This document shows, one piece after another, positions 61,983-64,000 of a DNA stretch of 64,000 bases; position 1 is the first letter of the stretch; each line of letters opens with the position of its first letter. The translations under genes and the position numbers were made by a program. A model generated the notes under the pieces. It saw only the letters and a list, made by a program, of their open reading frames with translations. It did no database searches and was not told where the DNA came from. Source of the stretch: an uncultured Nitrososphaerota archaeon (GTDB lineage: Archaea; Thermoproteota; Nitrososphaeria; Nitrososphaerales; CADDZS01); assembly GCA_963799845.1 (NCBI GenBank), contig CAWCYI010000004.1, positions 1,536,001 through 1,600,000 of the forward strand. Direction: 5' to 3'.

Positions 61983-63167
61983 TCATTTTGCAATGACTTC
62001 TAGTCGTCTACCAACTCTTGCAAACGCGCTTAAACAAAAATCGAGATCTTCTCTAGTGTGAGCAGAGGATATAATGGTCCGCAATTTCGCTTTGCCTTTA
62101 GGCACTATAGGATACCCAAATGCCTGTGTATACACTCCTTCGTCGATCAATGATTTCCTGAATTGAGCTGTAGTTGATTCACCGCCTATGACAACAGGCA
62201 CGATCGGTGTCTCACTATTTCCGGTATCAAACCCTAGTGCCCCTATCGAATCTCGGAAATATTTTGCATTGCTCCACAGTCTCTCCAGCAAGAATTTTTC
62301 TTTCTGCAATACTTCTAACGCGGCGATCGCAGCAGCTGCGGAAGCTGGTGCTATGTGTCCTGTACTCTGCGAGAACGGCCTAGCTTTTCTGAACAGATAT
62401 TCTCTTAACTCTCGACTCCCAGTGACATATCCTCCGACACTCGCGAGTGCTTTCGATAGCGTACCAACTTGAATTTCCACTTTTCCATGGAGCTGGAAAT
62501 GCTCCACGCTGCCCGCTCCAGTTTCGCCGAGTACTCCTACAGCGTGAGAGTCATCGACGTAAACAATCGCAGAGTACCTTTCAGCAAGTTCAACAATTTC
62601 CGGAATGGGAGCAATATCTCCCTCCAGTGGAAACACGCTGGGAGTGATGACAAAAAGGCGACGTGCATCCTTCAATTTCTGTAAGAGGTTCTCAAGAGCT
62701 TTCATATCTCTATGCGGATAGACTTCCTGTTTAGCAGAGCTCAACTTTAGTCCGTCAAATACGCTGGCATGGTTGAATTCGTCACAGATGCAGACGTCGC
62801 CTTCCCCGGACAGTGCCCAGACAGCAGAAAGATTTGTGTCGTAGCCAGTCTGAAACGCAAGGGTGGATTCGGTTCGCTTGAATTCGGAGATCTTGTCTTC
62901 GAGTTCAAGCTGTATCTTCATTGATGCGAGGGCCCTTCCCGACCCTAGACCAGAACCGTATTTATCGAGCACCTCTTTCGCCTTTGCGATCACATATGGA
63001 TGCGTAGTCAGTCCGTGATAATTGTTTGAGCAAAGCATGATCACGTCTTTTCCGTCGACCATAGATCTACTGGCCGAAGGCCCTCCTAGCACGCCCGGCC
63101 GAGTAAAGAGGGGATTCGATGTCATCTGTTCCAATTCGTTCGCAATAGTCGGACCCAATGAATTCAT
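61983..63167 (-). CDS. Glycine C-acetyltransferase/8-amino-7-oxononanoate synthase family
   Basis: CSNNY, NHAS, VDDSHAVG, GTLSKA. Confidence 0.9.
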   Translation of the reverse strand: MNSLGPTIANELEQMTSNPLFTRPGVLGGPSASRSMVDGKDVIMLCSNNYHGLTTHPYVIAKAKEVLDKYGSGLGSGRALASMKIQLELEDKISEFKRTESTLAFQTGYDTNLSAVWALSGEGDVCICDEFNHASVFDGLKLSSAKQEVYPHRDMKALENLLQKLKDARRLFVITPSVFPLEGDIAPIPEIVELAERYSAIVYVDDSHAVGVLGETGAGSVEHFQLHGKVEIQVGTLSKALASVGGYVTGSRELREYLFRKARPFSQSTGHIAPASAAAAIAALEVLQKEKFLLERLWSNAKYFRDSIGALGFDTGNSETPIVPVVIGGESTTAQFRKSLIDEGVYTQAFGYPIVPKGKAKLRTIISSAHTREDLDFCLSAFARVGRRLEVIAK

Positions 63168-63277
63168 GATTTGGCAATTCGATTTTCACAATAAAAGAAG
63201 TTAGTGCAAAAAACCAGTTGCACAAGATGTGAGCTCGGAACTTAAACTAAAATACACAAACTTCTTCATGGGTACCG

Positions 63278-63922
63278 ATGCCAACCATAGATCTTTCACT
63301 GGATGAATTACTGACCACCACAAGGGCTGTTAGAAAGCGGCTTGATCTTACGAGACCAGTTGAGCGAAAAGTAATCGAAGAGTGCGTAAGAATTGCAACG
63401 CAAGCTCCGAGCGGTTCCAACAGTCAGGGCTGGCACTTTGTCATCGTGACCGATCCAAAATCGCGGGAAGAAATCGGAAAACTGTACAAGAAGGGTGCGG
63501 CCGAATATTTTTCGAGCGGCCCCGGTAAGATGCCAACAGAAAATAATCCAAAGTCGAGTTTATCCCGTCTAAGGGATTCCGCGATTTATCTCGTGGAAAA
63601 CATCGATAAAGTTCCGGTGCTCGTGATTCCCTGTCAGAGGGGGCGACCGGATCGACAACCAGCTTCTGAGCAGGCGGGCTTTTGGTTGTCGATAATCCCA
63701 GCGGCGTGGAGTTTTGCCCTAGCGGCGAGAGCAAGAGGACTGGGGACGGCGATAACAACATTTCACCTCGAATTCGAGGAAGAGGCTGCAAAGATACTCG
63801 GGATACCCTACAAGGAAGTGACGCAAGCTGCGCTAATACCGCTCGCGTACACGAAGGGAACCAAATTTAGACTTGGGCCACGAAAGGAAGTGACTTCCGT
63901 CATACACTGGGATCACTGGTAG
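63278..63922 (+). CDS. Nitroreductase family protein
   Basis: TTRAVRKRL, APSGSNSQGWHF, ARGLG. Confidence 0.9.
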   Translation: MPTIDLSLDELLTTTRAVRKRLDLTRPVERKVIEECVRIATQAPSGSNSQGWHFVIVTDPKSREEIGKLYKKGAAEYFSSGPGKMPTENNPKSSLSRLRDSAIYLVENIDKVPVLVIPCQRGRPDRQPASEQAGFWLSIIPAAWSFALAARARGLGTAITTFHLEFEEEAAKILGIPYKEVTQAALIPLAYTKGTKFRLGPRKEVTSVIHWDHW

Positions 63923-64000
63923 TCACGATGAAGTCAATATAAGGCACGAAAGCAATTTCGATCGTCGGATGCCAATTCCCTGCGCCAGCTGCAAGAAGGA

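Overview
Archaeal DNA, inferred to be a deep-branching Nitrososphaerota/Thaumarchaeota-like host (frequent TTG/GTG starts, TrmB, Sec11-type signal peptidase, archaeal ATPase, DUF3227-like protein). The window has two parts. (1) About 1-37 kb is an integrative/conjugative-type island whose left end and integrase are not in the window. It carries a T4SS module: surface protein, PrgI-like, VirB4, pilin-like, VirB6/TrbL-like, and a VirD4/TrwB-like ATPase fused to wHTH and PD-(D/E)XK domains. An IS hotspot at 15.5-20.8 kb holds an ISH3 element, an intact TnpB, a decayed TnpB and two orphan TnpB 3'-end/omegaRNA-like fragments, with right ends in two tail-to-tail pairs; a second intact TnpB sits at 3.8-5.2 kb. 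A 15-kb co-oriented cargo block follows, with two GHKL (HSP90/rIIA-like) paralogues, a MoxR AAA-vWA/metallopeptidase pair, DUF2958 and many unknowns. (2) About 37-64 kb is host-type metabolic and regulatory genes, including an unusual AAA-AAA-Lon protease fusion and mntH/mntR with a DtxR-like box. About nine frameshifts occur in both island and host genes and probably include sequencing errors. No rRNA, tRNA or true CRISPR array was seen. All family assignments come from motif recognition by eye; no database searches were run.
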